Source: Escherichia coli
GTDB lineage: Bacteria; Pseudomonadota; Gammaproteobacteria; Enterobacterales; Enterobacteriaceae
Direction: 5' to 3' (one strand)
Assembly: GCF_001677475.2 (NCBI RefSeq)
Contig: NZ_CP015229.1
DNA length: 64,000 nucleotides
Both the position numbers and the translations under genes were made by a program. The number at the start of each line of letters is the position of its first letter. Positions within the stretch are counted from its first letter, which is position 1. Under the pieces are notes generated by a model. It was not told the origin of the DNA and made no database searches. It saw only the letters and a list, made by a program, of their open reading frames with translations. Of the stretch, positions 19,539 through 29,757 are shown one piece after another.

Positions 19539-21539
19539 ATGCTTAAATTTCGCCGCGATCTTAACGGTTACGGTGGAGTTATTAACGAAGGGCATAACGA
19601 TCAATACGAATTTGAAATTGCTTTCTCCAGTGAACAGCCTTATCAGCGCCAATTCTGGGATGAGCAAAATCAAGAAATGGTGGTATTAGATGAAATTCTG
19701 GTACATACACCGGAAGCGGTTGATCTGTCTCGTCTGAATAATAACGCTCCGTTGCTGTTCAATCACAATTTCGATAATCACATTGGTGTCGTTTGTAACG
19801 CTCGAATCGATGCGGATAACGTAGGTCGTGCTCTGGTTAAATTCTCCAAGCATGGGACTTTGGCTAATGATATTCGTAACAAAGTCATCGAAGGTACGAT
19901 GGAAAAAATTTCTGTCGGCTATGACATTAAAGAGTATCACATCGACTACGCCAAATCGCAACTCATTGTTTCTAAATGGATTCCTCACGAGGTTTCATGG
20001 GTCACGGTACCCGCAGACGACACAGTGGGTCTGAATCGCTCTCTAAATACTATCACAGTTAATTTGGAGGCTAAACGCGATATGACTAAAGAACAAATCG
20101 AAGAAATCAAAAACGAAGAAGCCGCTCCGGTTGAAGAAACTCCGGTAGAAGAAAATAAAGAACCGGAAGTTGAAGAAACTCAAGAGCGCCAAGTTGAAGA
20201 GAATAAAGAAAATGAAAATCTCGAAGACGGAAAAGACGCTGAACATCCTGAAAGTGTTGATGATGATAGTTCAACTGTTCGGGAAGAAGAAATAAAAGAA
20301 GAACGTGAAGCTGCTCCGGTTGAAGAAGAAAAAATTGAAGAAGTGGCTGAACGTTCCGAAGAAGACGAATTAGAAATCCGCGAGATCGCGCGGGAACTAA
20401 ATATTGATGACTCTGAATTAGCACGTGCATTGTCGATTAAAGACATGACGCCGGAAGCATTCCGCACTAAGGCACTAAATAATCTCGTCAATGCTCAACG
20501 TAATAACGAACAACAAATTAAGGACTCTAAAATGGAAAAAACTTTTGACCTGAACAACGTAATTCGCTCTCTGGTAGATGGTGCTGCTCTGGGTGCTAAC
20601 GAAGCTGAATATTCCGCTATGGCTGCTACTGCAACTATGCAGCGTGGTCGTGCTGCTCGTGGTGGCTCCGTATTCGTTCCGGCTGCTGCTCTGCGTGCTG
20701 CTGCTGCTGGTAACACTAAAGCTACTCTGGAAGCTGTAACCGACGAAAAACTGCTGACTGAATCCTACATCGAAATGCTGATGCCTCAGAGTGTTTTAGG
20801 CCGCCTCGGTGTGACCGTTCTGTCTGGTCTGAATAGCCCGATCGCTGTTCCGAAAATGACTGCTTCCAGCGTTGACGCTTTCGGCTTCGTTGATGAAAAC
20901 GGTGCTGCACCGGAAAGCAAAGCTCAGTTTGAAAACGTGAAAATGGCTCCTAAGACTTTCGCAGGTGGCAACCCGATCAGCCGTCAGTCTCTGAAAACCG
21001 TTCCGGGTATCGCTACCCTGATCACTGATCACATTAACAAAGCTGTTCGCATCAAACTGGAACAACTGATTCTGTCTGATAAAGCTAACGACCGTGGTCC
21101 GGCTGGTCTGGTTAAGCAACTGGTAGACGCGGGTCGCGTTACTAAGAAAGCCGCTTTCTCTTACAAAGACTTCCTGAAAGAAATTGCAGCACTGACCGAC
21201 GCTGGCGTTCCTGCTCAGGCGATCAAGTTTGCGATGAGCGGTGCAACTGCTGCTGAACTGGAATCTACCCTGAAAGATAACGGCGTTTCCGGTTATATCA
21301 TCGAAAACGGCAAACTGGCTGGTTACGAAGTAGTTACTTCTGGTGTTATCCCGGCAGACCACATCGTTCTGGGCGCGTTCGACGGTATCACCATTGGTGA
21401 GTGGGGCGGTCTGGAACTGGATATGGACGACACTACCTACCGTGCACAGTCTGCAATCGTTCCGCGTATCTGGGTAGATCTGGATTACGTTGTAACCCAG
21501 CCGGAAGCTCTGAAAGTTCTCCAGATTGGCGGTGAATGA
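19539..21539 (+). CDS. Fused prohead serine protease, E/K-rich scaffold-like linker and HK97-fold major capsid protein (666 aa)
   Basis: N-terminal PLLFNHNFDNHIGVV...KISVGYD fits the caudovirus prohead protease signature; residues ~190-320 are E/K-rich; C-terminal ~340 aa resemble HK97-type capsid proteins. Confidence 0.75.
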   Translation: MLKFRRDLNGYGGVINEGHNDQYEFEIAFSSEQPYQRQFWDEQNQEMVVLDEILVHTPEAVDLSRLNNNAPLLFNHNFDNHIGVVCNARIDADNVGRALVKFSKHGTLANDIRNKVIEGTMEKISVGYDIKEYHIDYAKSQLIVSKWIPHEVSWVTVPADDTVGLNRSLNTITVNLEAKRDMTKEQIEEIKNEEAAPVEETPVEENKEPEVEETQERQVEENKENENLEDGKDAEHPESVDDDSSTVREEEIKEEREAAPVEEEKIEEVAERSEEDELEIREIARELNIDDSELARALSIKDMTPEAFRTKALNNLVNAQRNNEQQIKDSKMEKTFDLNNVIRSLVDGAALGANEAEYSAMAATATMQRGRAARGGSVFVPAAALRAAAAGNTKATLEAVTDEKLLTESYIEMLMPQSVLGRLGVTVLSGLNSPIAVPKMTASSVDAFGFVDENGAAPESKAQFENVKMAPKTFAGGNPISRQSLKTVPGIATLITDHINKAVRIKLEQLILSDKANDRGPAGLVKQLVDAGRVTKKAAFSYKDFLKEIAALTDAGVPAQAIKFAMSGATAAELESTLKDNGVSGYIIENGKLAGYEVVTSGVIPADHIVLGAFDGITIGEWGGLELDMDDTTYRAQSAIVPRIWVDLDYVVTQPEALKVLQIGGE

Positions 21540-21730
21540 ACTCCTGTAGAACCATCTGAACCTTCCCCCGATTTGGGGGAAGAAAATCTGATTCCTGAAC
21601 CGGAAGAAGAATCCCAGACGGTTAAGGCGAAAGCCACAGTTAAAAAACAACGTAAAACTAAAGAATAATAATTAGCCCTGCCTAACGGTGGGGCTTTTTT
21701 GTATGTAAATACTCCATAAAGGGGGTAACT

Positions 21731-22021
21731 ATGTTCAAATTATCAGAATCACAATTATCAAGAATGTTTAAGAGTGCTCCTGTATTTGTGGTGGAAGGTG
21801 GTAAATCAATTCGTGCTTATCATGAAATTACTACTACCGACGAATCAGGGGTAATGACAGAAACAGAATTTCTATTCTGTCGTGAGGGAGACTTAAAGCA
21901 AGGTGATATTGTCACAGTAGAAAACCAGCGTTTCAAAGTTCAATATATTAAGCGCAATGGTGACAATACAACTGATTGCTTTATTACTCTGGCAGGGGGT
22001 ACACATGCTCGCTACCGTTAA
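21731..22021 (+). CDS. Putative head-tail joining / head-completion protein (96 aa)
   Basis: Size and position after the capsid gene; RBS AAAGGGGG. Confidence 0.4.
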   Translation: MFKLSESQLSRMFKSAPVFVVEGGKSIRAYHEITTTDESGVMTETEFLFCREGDLKQGDIVTVENQRFKVQYIKRNGDNTTDCFITLAGGTHARYR

Positions 22022-22427
22022 TAATATGCCGAGACTGAAAATCAAACGCGCCTTGCAAGATATTATCGAACAAGATTTAGGTCTGGCTTTAAACGTAGAA
22101 CAAACTCAGCAAGGCTTTAGCGATGACGTGGTTTGTTGGATTACTGGCATGAATGAAACTTATACGCGTGTTCGTGGTGGTAATGCAATGCAAGCTGAAT
22201 GTGTTATCGAAATGCAGTTATATTCTCAGATTCATGAAACGAAAATTCATGAGGGTATTTGCGAGATAATCCAGATTCAGCCGGATAACCCACGATTTAA
22301 AGATTTGGGCTTCTCAATTTCAGATATCACTCCAGTAGCTTCTAATACCGATTATGACGATGATTCTAGTGATGGGGGTATCGTTGGGACACTTAGCCTT
22401 AAATTTTCTTATCTAGCGCGTTTTTAA
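22002..22427 (+). CDS. Putative head-tail connector/adaptor protein (about 141 aa; ORF track offers an upstream ATG at 21957)
   Basis: Overlaps the end of the previous gene (translational coupling); RBS GGGGGT before the 22002 ATG. Confidence 0.4.
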   Translation, partial: HMLATVNNMPRLKIKRALQDIIEQDLGLALNVEQTQQGFSDDVVCWITGMNETYTRVRGGNAMQAECVIEMQLYSQIHETKIHEGICEIIQIQPDNPRFKDLGFSISDITPVASNTDYDDDSSDGGIVGTLSLKFSYLARF

Positions 22428-22436
22428 GGGGTAATA

Positions 22437-23270
22437 ATGAATATTACACAAGATAACTTAGACATTTTCACGGGGTCGCATGTTGAAGTCTCCTTGTCTA
22501 CTATGGTGGATAACCAGCCGGACTTTTTCGATCCTGCATTTAGTCCTATCGAGAACATCGCAGCATTCCCGACGATAACCGAATCCACAGAGATCCAGAC
22601 GTTAGAAGAATATGACCATGATGTTACTGGTAAGTTGGCTGGCTATCGTAAACTTGAATCAACTACGTTAGTAGTAAACCGTGTTCTGGATGATGAACAT
22701 CAAGACATGTTGATGAAAGCGGTGAATGATAAAACTCCTTTACGCTTTCGTATGTTCTATGTTGTGAACTCTGGTTACAGTGCTGCTAACACAGGTTACT
22801 ACGTCATCTTTGACGCTTTCGTCTCGTCACATAAAACAAAATCCGGCGATAACAAAGTTACTACAATCGAGTTTAAATTAGAACCTGATGGCGGGATTCT
22901 GGATCGCGGTATTGCTACCGAAGGCCGGATCTTACGTCAAGGTGATTTTGGTCTGGGTGCTGGTGTAAATCCATTCACGGGTCCGATTGATAGCGAAGCA
23001 TTAGCCGGAAACCGTTTCGTAACCTATCAGGGATCGAGCGCATCTAACCCATTTAGTGCTGATACTTCACTAATTCACGTTCAACCTAATGAAGATGGAG
23101 GATGGCAATTAACTTGCACCGCCTCCGGCGCACCACGTTTACGAGTTCGCACAGTCCAGAAAGATGGTAATTCTGGATGGGTGAAAGTGTATTCCACAGA
23201 AGAAAAACCGACACCAGCCGAGATTGAAGCCGTTTCTATCCATGACAGGATCGATTTCGGGGAATACTGA
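22437..23270 (+). CDS. Putative virion structural protein (277 aa), neck/tail-proximal; function unclear
   Basis: ORF with RBS between connector genes and tail fibre; G/S/T-rich C-terminal half. Confidence 0.4.
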   Translation: MNITQDNLDIFTGSHVEVSLSTMVDNQPDFFDPAFSPIENIAAFPTITESTEIQTLEEYDHDVTGKLAGYRKLESTTLVVNRVLDDEHQDMLMKAVNDKTPLRFRMFYVVNSGYSAANTGYYVIFDAFVSSHKTKSGDNKVTTIEFKLEPDGGILDRGIATEGRILRQGDFGLGAGVNPFTGPIDSEALAGNRFVTYQGSSASNPFSADTSLIHVQPNEDGGWQLTCTASGAPRLRVRTVQKDGNSGWVKVYSTEEKPTPAEIEAVSIHDRIDFGEY

Positions 23271-23346
23271 TTGCTTCTCTAAATAAAAACATGACGCGGG
23301 GAGGTTAACGCCTCCCTTATTCCTGTTTTTATAGTGAGGTGATTAG

Positions 23347-26271
23347 ATGCAATCAATCCAATTTAAACGAACTAGTGTTTCTGGCAAAAAACCTACGCCG
23401 GAACAATTACAGGTCGGTGAGGTAGCAATCAACCTTAAAGACCATGTTATTTTCACCAAAGACCGAGATAATGCCGTAGTTCAAATCTCTGTTTCTCCTG
23501 AAACTCACACTGCATTAGAAACTAAAGTTAATGCGAATAAGAAAGAATTAGACGGCAAGATTACTACAAATCACAACAATATTAACGCTAAAGTAGATGA
23601 AATTAAACAAACTACTGATGCAACTATCGCAGCAAATCACGCAGAAATTAACAATAAAGTTGATGTGATTAAGCGCGAAACCGATGCGACAATCACGGCT
23701 AATAAAAATAAAGCTGCTTCCGACCTTGCTGGCGTTAAAGCTGAATTGTCCGATACCATCACCGCTAATAAAAATGCGGCTGCTGTAGCAACTCAGGAAC
23801 TGGACACCCGCATCAATAAAAAAGTTGATGATAACAAAGCTAAAACTGATGCAACTATCGCCAGCAATCACAAAGCAATCAATGACAAAGTTGATTTGAT
23901 TAAGGCCGAGACTGACCGCACTATCGCAGCAAATAAAACATATGCTGATACTCAGCTAACTAATGCTACTAATGATCTGAATACTGTCATTGCTGCAAAT
24001 AAAAAAGAAGCTGCTGATAGCGTGGCTGCATTAACTAAGACTGTAAACACTAAAGATACAGCGATTCATAGAAAAGTTGACGAGAATAAAGCACTGACCG
24101 ACGCGGAATTATCCCGTTTGTCTGGACGACTTGAAGATGTTGCTAGTATTGGTCAAAACCGAGGCGAATTGCCAGTAGATGCTAATCTTGATCACTATGG
24201 TCCACGTTCAGAATTTGCTGGTATTTGGGGTAAATCGACTTCAACGAATGCACAACCAAGTCACAATTTCCCAGAAGAAAATGCTGTAGGTGTTCTGGAA
24301 GTTTTCACAGGCGGTCAATTCTCTGGGACTCAGCGTTATACAACACGCTACGGTAATATCTACATTCGTTCTCTTACCGCTACATGGAATGGTACTGATG
24401 GTCCGTGGTCGCCGTGGCGCAATATTCAGATGGGTACACGTCCGCTTTCGTCAACCATCGATCTTAATGATTTGGGTGGAGTTGAGCATTTTGGTTTATG
24501 GCGCAATAGCTCTAACTCAATTGCGGCTCTAGAAAGGAATTTCCCAGAAGCTGGGGCGATGGCACAAGGTCTTTTAGAAGTCTTTGAGGGTGGCAACTAC
24601 TCCCGCACTCAGCGTTATACGACCAGAATGGGCGTTGTATATGTTCGCTGTCTTGCTGCTGCATGGGATGCTAGTGCTCCTAAATGGGGTCCGTGGCAAC
24701 AAGTAGGTAATGTAACACCGTCTACTTTCTATGACGGAAACCTGAACAACTTCAAAACACCTGGTTTATATAACATTTTAGGCACTGACAAAGTTACTAA
24801 CCGTCCTGTTGCAGAAGGTGTTCCGGTTGAGATGACCGCATTGCTTGAGGTTAAACAGCGTGCTTCCGGTGGCGCTATTTTCCAACGTTTCACTACCGCA
24901 GGAACGGGAACTACTACCCGTGGTCGTGTTTTTGAACGTGCAATGACAAATAATATCTGGGGAGATTGGCACGAAGTACATACATCATATTCTATGCCAA
25001 TTACTTTAGGTATCGGTGGGATTAAAACACAATTAGAATCTTTAGATTGGCAAACTTTTGATTTTGTTCCTGGTAGCATGTTTAGCGTGCCATTGAATAA
25101 AATTACCAATATGCCAGCAAAAATGGATTGGGGAACAATTGACGGAAACCTGATCATGTTTTCCGTTGGTCCTAGTGAACACACTAGCACAGGGCGTACT
25201 GTTCAGGTTTGGCGTGGTACTGTGTCTCAAGCAAACTACCGTTATTTTGTTGTTCGTGTATTTGGTAATTCAGGAGAGAGAACTTGCACCGTTCGCCGTG
25301 TTGCTCTTGAGGATGGTCGCCATACATGGACAGCACAACAAGATTTTAACGGCGCGGTTAACTTCGGTGGGTCTGTTGTTAACTTTAAAACAGCCACTAA
25401 CTTTAATAACACTACCAGTTTTAAAACAGAAGCTAAATTTCTTTCATCTAATGCATTCCGTATGTATGGCGGTAATTTTGGTGCATTCTTGCGTAATGAT
25501 GGTGAAAGTGTTTATCTTCTTTCCACCAATGAAAATGATAAAGATGGAAACTATAATACAAATAGACCTTTCCGGTATCAGTTAAAAACTGGTGATGTTA
25601 CTTTGGGTGGAACTAGCGGTGCTGATATTTTAAGATTAAAAAGTAGTTCTCTTGCTGCTACCTTTGGCGGTGATGTTAATTTAAGTAAAGGCGTATTGAC
25701 GTTTGAAGCTGGCGGTAAGCAATCTCGCGATTATTTCCGGTTTAATCATTGGGGTGATAGCAATAAAGCTCGCGATAACATCATTCAGTTAGAAGATAGT
25801 AAAGGTGCTCATTTTTCCACTGAACGCACACTGGCAACGGGTGCAATCAAAACTAAGTTCTTTGGTGAAGTTGAATCCGATGGTCGATTAACTATTAAAC
25901 GTCCGGGTGATGCTATTGTATTATCGACTACAGCTAGCAACTCGTTGCATATTCGTGGTGATGTTGGTGGAAGCAATAACTGGTATATTGGTAAAGGTGG
26001 TGCTGATAATTCACTAGCATTTTATAGCTACGCAACTAAAGCGGGTATACACATCACAAATAATGGTGAGATATCATTTGCCCCGCAAAATTTTGCTGGT
26101 ATTAACATTAACAAAGACCGTATCTATATCAATGCTACACAATGGATTGCTAATCATTCCGGTTCATGGGATGGACAGTGGAGAGAAGAAGCACCCATCT
26201 TTATTGATCAGGGTAGTGTTGGACAAGATAGCTATTATCCTCTTATTAAAGGACATAGCCAGATCACAGGT
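23347..26271 (+). CDS. Tail fibre protein (974 codons), 3' end interrupted by an IS3-family element
   Basis: Repeated KVDxIKxxTDATIxANxxxIN helical repeats; C-terminal GSNNWYIGKGGADN resembles T7 gp17 tip motif NNWYIGRGSDN; stop codon TGA is the first 3 bases of the IS. Confidence 0.75.
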
Positions 26272-26328
26272 TGAATCGCCACGGGTTTAACAGACACCTC
26301 AGAGTCATTTAAGATGGCTTAAAGAGAG

Positions 26329-26613
26329 GTGCCCATGAGCGGTAAGCGTTATCCCGAAGAGTTTAAAATTGAAGCAGTCAAACAGGTTGTTGATCGCGGT
26401 TATTCTGTTGCCAGCGTTGCAACACGTCTCGATATCACCACCCACAGCCTTTACGCCTGGATAAAGAAGTACGGTCCGGATTCTTCCGCTAATAAAGAAC
26501 AGTCAGATGCTCAGGCCGAGATCCGCCGTCTCCAGAAAGAGCTGAAGCGGGTTACCGACGAACGGGACATATTAAAAAAAGCCGCGGCGTACTTCGCAAA
26601 GCTGTCCGACTGA
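26329..26613 (+). CDS. IS3-family transposase OrfA (HTH, leucine-zipper region)
   Basis: 94 aa ORF MSGKRYPEEFKIEAVKQVV...; ends shortly after the A7 slippery site. Confidence 0.85.
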   Translation: MPMSGKRYPEEFKIEAVKQVVDRGYSVASVATRLDITTHSLYAWIKKYGPDSSANKEQSDAQAEIRRLQKELKRVTDERDILKKAAAYFAKLSD

Positions 26614-27482
26614 GGTACGCCTTTATCCGTGACAACACCTGTTGCTGGCCTGTTCGCCTGCTCTGTCGGGTGCTGGATGTTCATCCCAGTGGTTTTTACG
26701 CCTGGCTTCAGCAGCCGCATTCACAACGCCATCAGGCAGACCTGAGGCTGACAGGGCAGATTAAACAGTTCTGGCTGGAATCGGGATGCGTCTATGGTTA
26801 TCGCAAAATCCATCTGGATCTGCGGGACAGCGGGCAACAGTGCGGAGTGAACAGAGTCTGGCGACTGATGAAACGTGTCGGGATAAAGGCTCAGGTCGGA
26901 TACCGGAGCCCGCGGGCACGTAAAGGCGAGGCCAGTATCGTGTCGCCCAACAGGCTCCAGCGACAGTTCAATCCGGATGCTCCGGATAAGCGTTGGGTAA
27001 CGGACATAACCTACATCAGGACCCACGAAGGCTGGCTGTATCTTGCCGTGGTTGTTGATCTGTTCTCACGCAAAATTATCGGCTGGTCCATGCAATCCCG
27101 GATGACAAAGGACATTGTCCTGAACGCACTGCTGATGGCTGTATGGCGCCGTAATCCCCAAAAACAGGTGCTGGTTCATTCGGATCAGGGCAGTCAGTAC
27201 ACAAGCCATGAGTGGCAGTCGTTCCTGAAATCACACGGCCTGGAGGGCAGCATGAGCCGTCGCGGTAACTGCCATGATAATGCGGTTGCAGAAAGCTTTT
27301 TCCAGTTGTTGAAACGCGAACGGATAAAGAAAAAGATCTACGGAACGCGGGAAGAAGCCCGCAGCGATATTTTTGATTACATCGAAATGTTTTATAACAG
27401 TAAGCGTCGGCATGGTTCCAGCGATCAGATGTCACCGACAGAATATGAAAACCAGTATTATCAACGGCTCGGAAGTGTCTAG
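26575..27482 (+). CDS. IS3-family transposase OrfB (integrase catalytic DDE domain), expressed as OrfAB by -1 frameshift; ORF-track ATG at 26670
   Basis: -1 frame relative to orfA, open from the slippery site; motifs WVTDITYIRT, VVDLFSRKIIGW, HSDQGSQYTS, NAVAESFF. Confidence 0.85.
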
Positions 27483-27548
27483 ATTATCCGTGGCGATTCA
27501 GACAAATTTATTAAATTTGGAATCACTACCCGAAAACCAGAAGAACGA

Positions 27549-27938
27549 ATGAGAGAGCAAACCAGAAAGAGCAACTTCACTCACCGATTAATCTTTACTC
27601 ATGAGTTTGAGGATGGTTGGAAAGCTGCCGATTTAGAGCATGAAGTAAAACAACGCTTCAAGACTCATGCCGCACCCTACAAAGATTTCAAGGATGGATG
27701 GTCGGAAACTCTGACTATCGATGAGTTGCCACACTTACAGCAACTGGTTTATGACTACCTAACCAATCAACCGGACGAGGCTAATATGTGGGTATCCCCG
27801 AAAGATGTATTTGATGACGATACATTCAAGCTACATACTCACTTCTACGGCATCAATAAACCGGAATTTTTCTGTATTGATGACGATAGTCCTGATTTAA
27901 TGGATGAATACTTTAATTCTCTCTTAGACGCTGCCTAA
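27549..27938 (+). CDS. Hypothetical protein (129 aa from first ATG; open frame extends upstream to the IS end at 27501), probably 5'-truncated; possible GIY-YIG/T5orf172-like domain
   Basis: Frame is open from 27501 (DKFIKFGITTRKPEERMREQ...); KFGITT...R...E pattern recalls the second motif of GIY-YIG/T5orf172 domains; weak, from memory only. Confidence 0.35.
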   Translation: MREQTRKSNFTHRLIFTHEFEDGWKAADLEHEVKQRFKTHAAPYKDFKDGWSETLTIDELPHLQQLVYDYLTNQPDEANMWVSPKDVFDDDTFKLHTHFYGINKPEFFCIDDDSPDLMDEYFNSLLDAA

Positions 27939-27950
27939 CGCAATTAAATT

Positions 27951-27973
27951 AAAAAGGGGTACATCTGTACCCC
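27951..27973 (-). terminator. Hairpin terminator downstream of the recombinase gene
   Basis: GGGGTAC-ATCT-GTACCCC stem-loop preceded on the plus strand by AAAAA (T-tract on the minus strand). Confidence 0.5.
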
Positions 27974-28011
27974 TTAAAGCGTTTATCTCGTTATACGTCG
28001 ATTTAGGCCGC

Positions 28012-29709
28012 TTAAATTCCAAATTCCTGCAACAATCCCGGTTGTTCTTCTTCTGGTTTCCAGTTCTTATCTGTCAGCATTTCTAAACATGGATGCAGAA
28101 CAAGCCCGTTGCTCTCCAGAATCTGCCTATCATTGATAGTCTTCACGTCTACAAAAATTCTCCCTTTCCGGTTACGGCGTGACCTCTCGATCACTATCCT
28201 TTGCGTCTTCCCGTCGATGTACTCCATCACAAAATGATTATAATTGGTATCAATCTTGTAACATTTTATAGACTTAACAGCTTCTTTAATCTTCAATCGA
28301 ACTTTTAACCGTTCCTCGCTGCAAACATCCTCTAAATCAAATTGTGCGAGCTTCTCCCAGCCTTGAGAATCAACTGAATACATGTTCTCTTCTATTACCT
28401 TAATCTGGTTATAGATGGCCTCACGCTCATGATTCAGGGTAGTAATCTGGTCGGCTAACTCCTTCGTTGCTCCTGTCATTGCAGAAAGACTAATCAGGTT
28501 ATCAATCTTGCGTGAAATGTCTTCAATCTGGGCTTGCATTCCTGGGATCGGATTGGCCTTATCCTCAGCAATCCAGATTTTATCCGCCAGCAATTGCAAT
28601 ACAGCCTTATCCAGTTGATCACCACGAAAGCCCCAATTTGGATGATCACAATTGGTCCTCCTGCTATCTGCGCCATCGCACATATAACGATATTGGGCTA
28701 ATCTCTCTTTTGATGCTCCGCTTCTCTTAACCATACTTGCCCCACAATGACCACATCTAAGCAAACCAGCACCACTTAACAGGGTAATAACAGGACTAGA
28801 CTTAGTAGGATAAGAAAACGACCTCAGTCCTATAGTCTTCTTGAGTTGATAGAACTCGGCATCTTCCATCACTCGCGGGTAATAATCCTTTAACTCATAT
28901 GTCACACCTTCAATGGTTATCTCTTTGATACCAAGTAAAGCGCGGTTAGAGAACATCCTGGCTAACATAGAACGCGCCCATTTCTTAGGGGTATCTTTGT
29001 TCGTTGTGTAATTAGGCGGGGCGATTCTTTCATTCAGATAATCAAGAACCCGACCATTAGAATAACCATTCTGTTTTAATTCAACGATTTTCTTGATAAC
29101 AGGAAAATACACCGGATGTGGAAGCACATAACCCGATGAAGTATCAGCCCACCATATATTGCGACCAACTTCCTCGATTGCCACTGCCGGATTTTGTGGA
29201 TTCTCCTGATGGGCTTTAACCTTGAGTAGTGCGCTTGAGTTAGTGCGATTGCGTTTAGTCTGACTTTCCTCATTTGCACGAGCAAACAACATTACACTCA
29301 ACAGTAAATCGATGGGATTAGCATTAACCGATTCTTTGCTATATACCTTCCCATCCATACCAGTAACAATTGTTATTCCCCTGCGGATGATCGAAAGGAA
29401 TAGCTCTTGAGCTTCAATAACAGATTGACGGGAGATACGGTCTAAGTTTTCCACCACCAGCCAGCTACCAACCGGAACGGATCGACCAATTTCATCCAGA
29501 AAACGAGATAATGCACCTGTTTTACTGTTAGCCCCTTTGAATGCAGATACACCGAAATCCTGATAGGAAGTAACTAGCTCAAGATCATATTTTGCGGCTA
29601 TCTCTTTCGCTGTTCTCTTCTGGCGTTCAAATGAGCTACCATCGGCTTGCTTCATGGAAGAGAAGCGAATATACGAATACAGTTTAGTTTTCATACCATT
29701 TCCAAACAA
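28012..29709 (-). CDS. Large serine recombinase (integrase), 565 aa
   Basis: N-terminal resolvase-type catalytic domain (YSYIRFSSMKQ with candidate nucleophile Ser, VVENLDRISRQ), recombinase domain, Cys-rich zinc ribbon CGHCG...C...C, C-terminal coiled-coil. Confidence 0.88.
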   Translation of the reverse strand: MFGNGMKTKLYSYIRFSSMKQADGSSFERQKRTAKEIAAKYDLELVTSYQDFGVSAFKGANSKTGALSRFLDEIGRSVPVGSWLVVENLDRISRQSVIEAQELFLSIIRRGITIVTGMDGKVYSKESVNANPIDLLLSVMLFARANEESQTKRNRTNSSALLKVKAHQENPQNPAVAIEEVGRNIWWADTSSGYVLPHPVYFPVIKKIVELKQNGYSNGRVLDYLNERIAPPNYTTNKDTPKKWARSMLARMFSNRALLGIKEITIEGVTYELKDYYPRVMEDAEFYQLKKTIGLRSFSYPTKSSPVITLLSGAGLLRCGHCGASMVKRSGASKERLAQYRYMCDGADSRRTNCDHPNWGFRGDQLDKAVLQLLADKIWIAEDKANPIPGMQAQIEDISRKIDNLISLSAMTGATKELADQITTLNHEREAIYNQIKVIEENMYSVDSQGWEKLAQFDLEDVCSEERLKVRLKIKEAVKSIKCYKIDTNYNHFVMEYIDGKTQRIVIERSRRNRKGRIFVDVKTINDRQILESNGLVLHPCLEMLTDKNWKPEEEQPGLLQEFGI

Positions 29710-29757
29710 AAACGCCCCTACCGTGTATTATAACGATAGGGGCTAGGTGATTAAAGA

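Larger units (their letters stand above)
26272..27500 (+). mobile_element. IS3-family insertion sequence (1229 bp) with ~30 bp imperfect terminal inverted repeats TGAATCGCCACGG...CCGTGGCGATTCA
   Basis: Terminal IRs read directly; orfA/orfB arrangement with A AAA AAA slippery site at 26574-26580; DDE transposase. Confidence 0.88.

Noticed and set aside
20043-21650. Minus-strand ORFs (67-284 aa) inside the capsid gene
   Set aside because: Antisense to a protein with clear protease and capsid signatures; low-complexity translations.
23347-27938. Reading the tail fibre and the 27501-27938 ORF as one original gene split exactly by the IS
   Set aside because: In-frame continuity has a 1 in 3 chance expectation, no target-site duplication flanks the IS, and the downstream sequence does not look like a fibre tip; kept as separate features.
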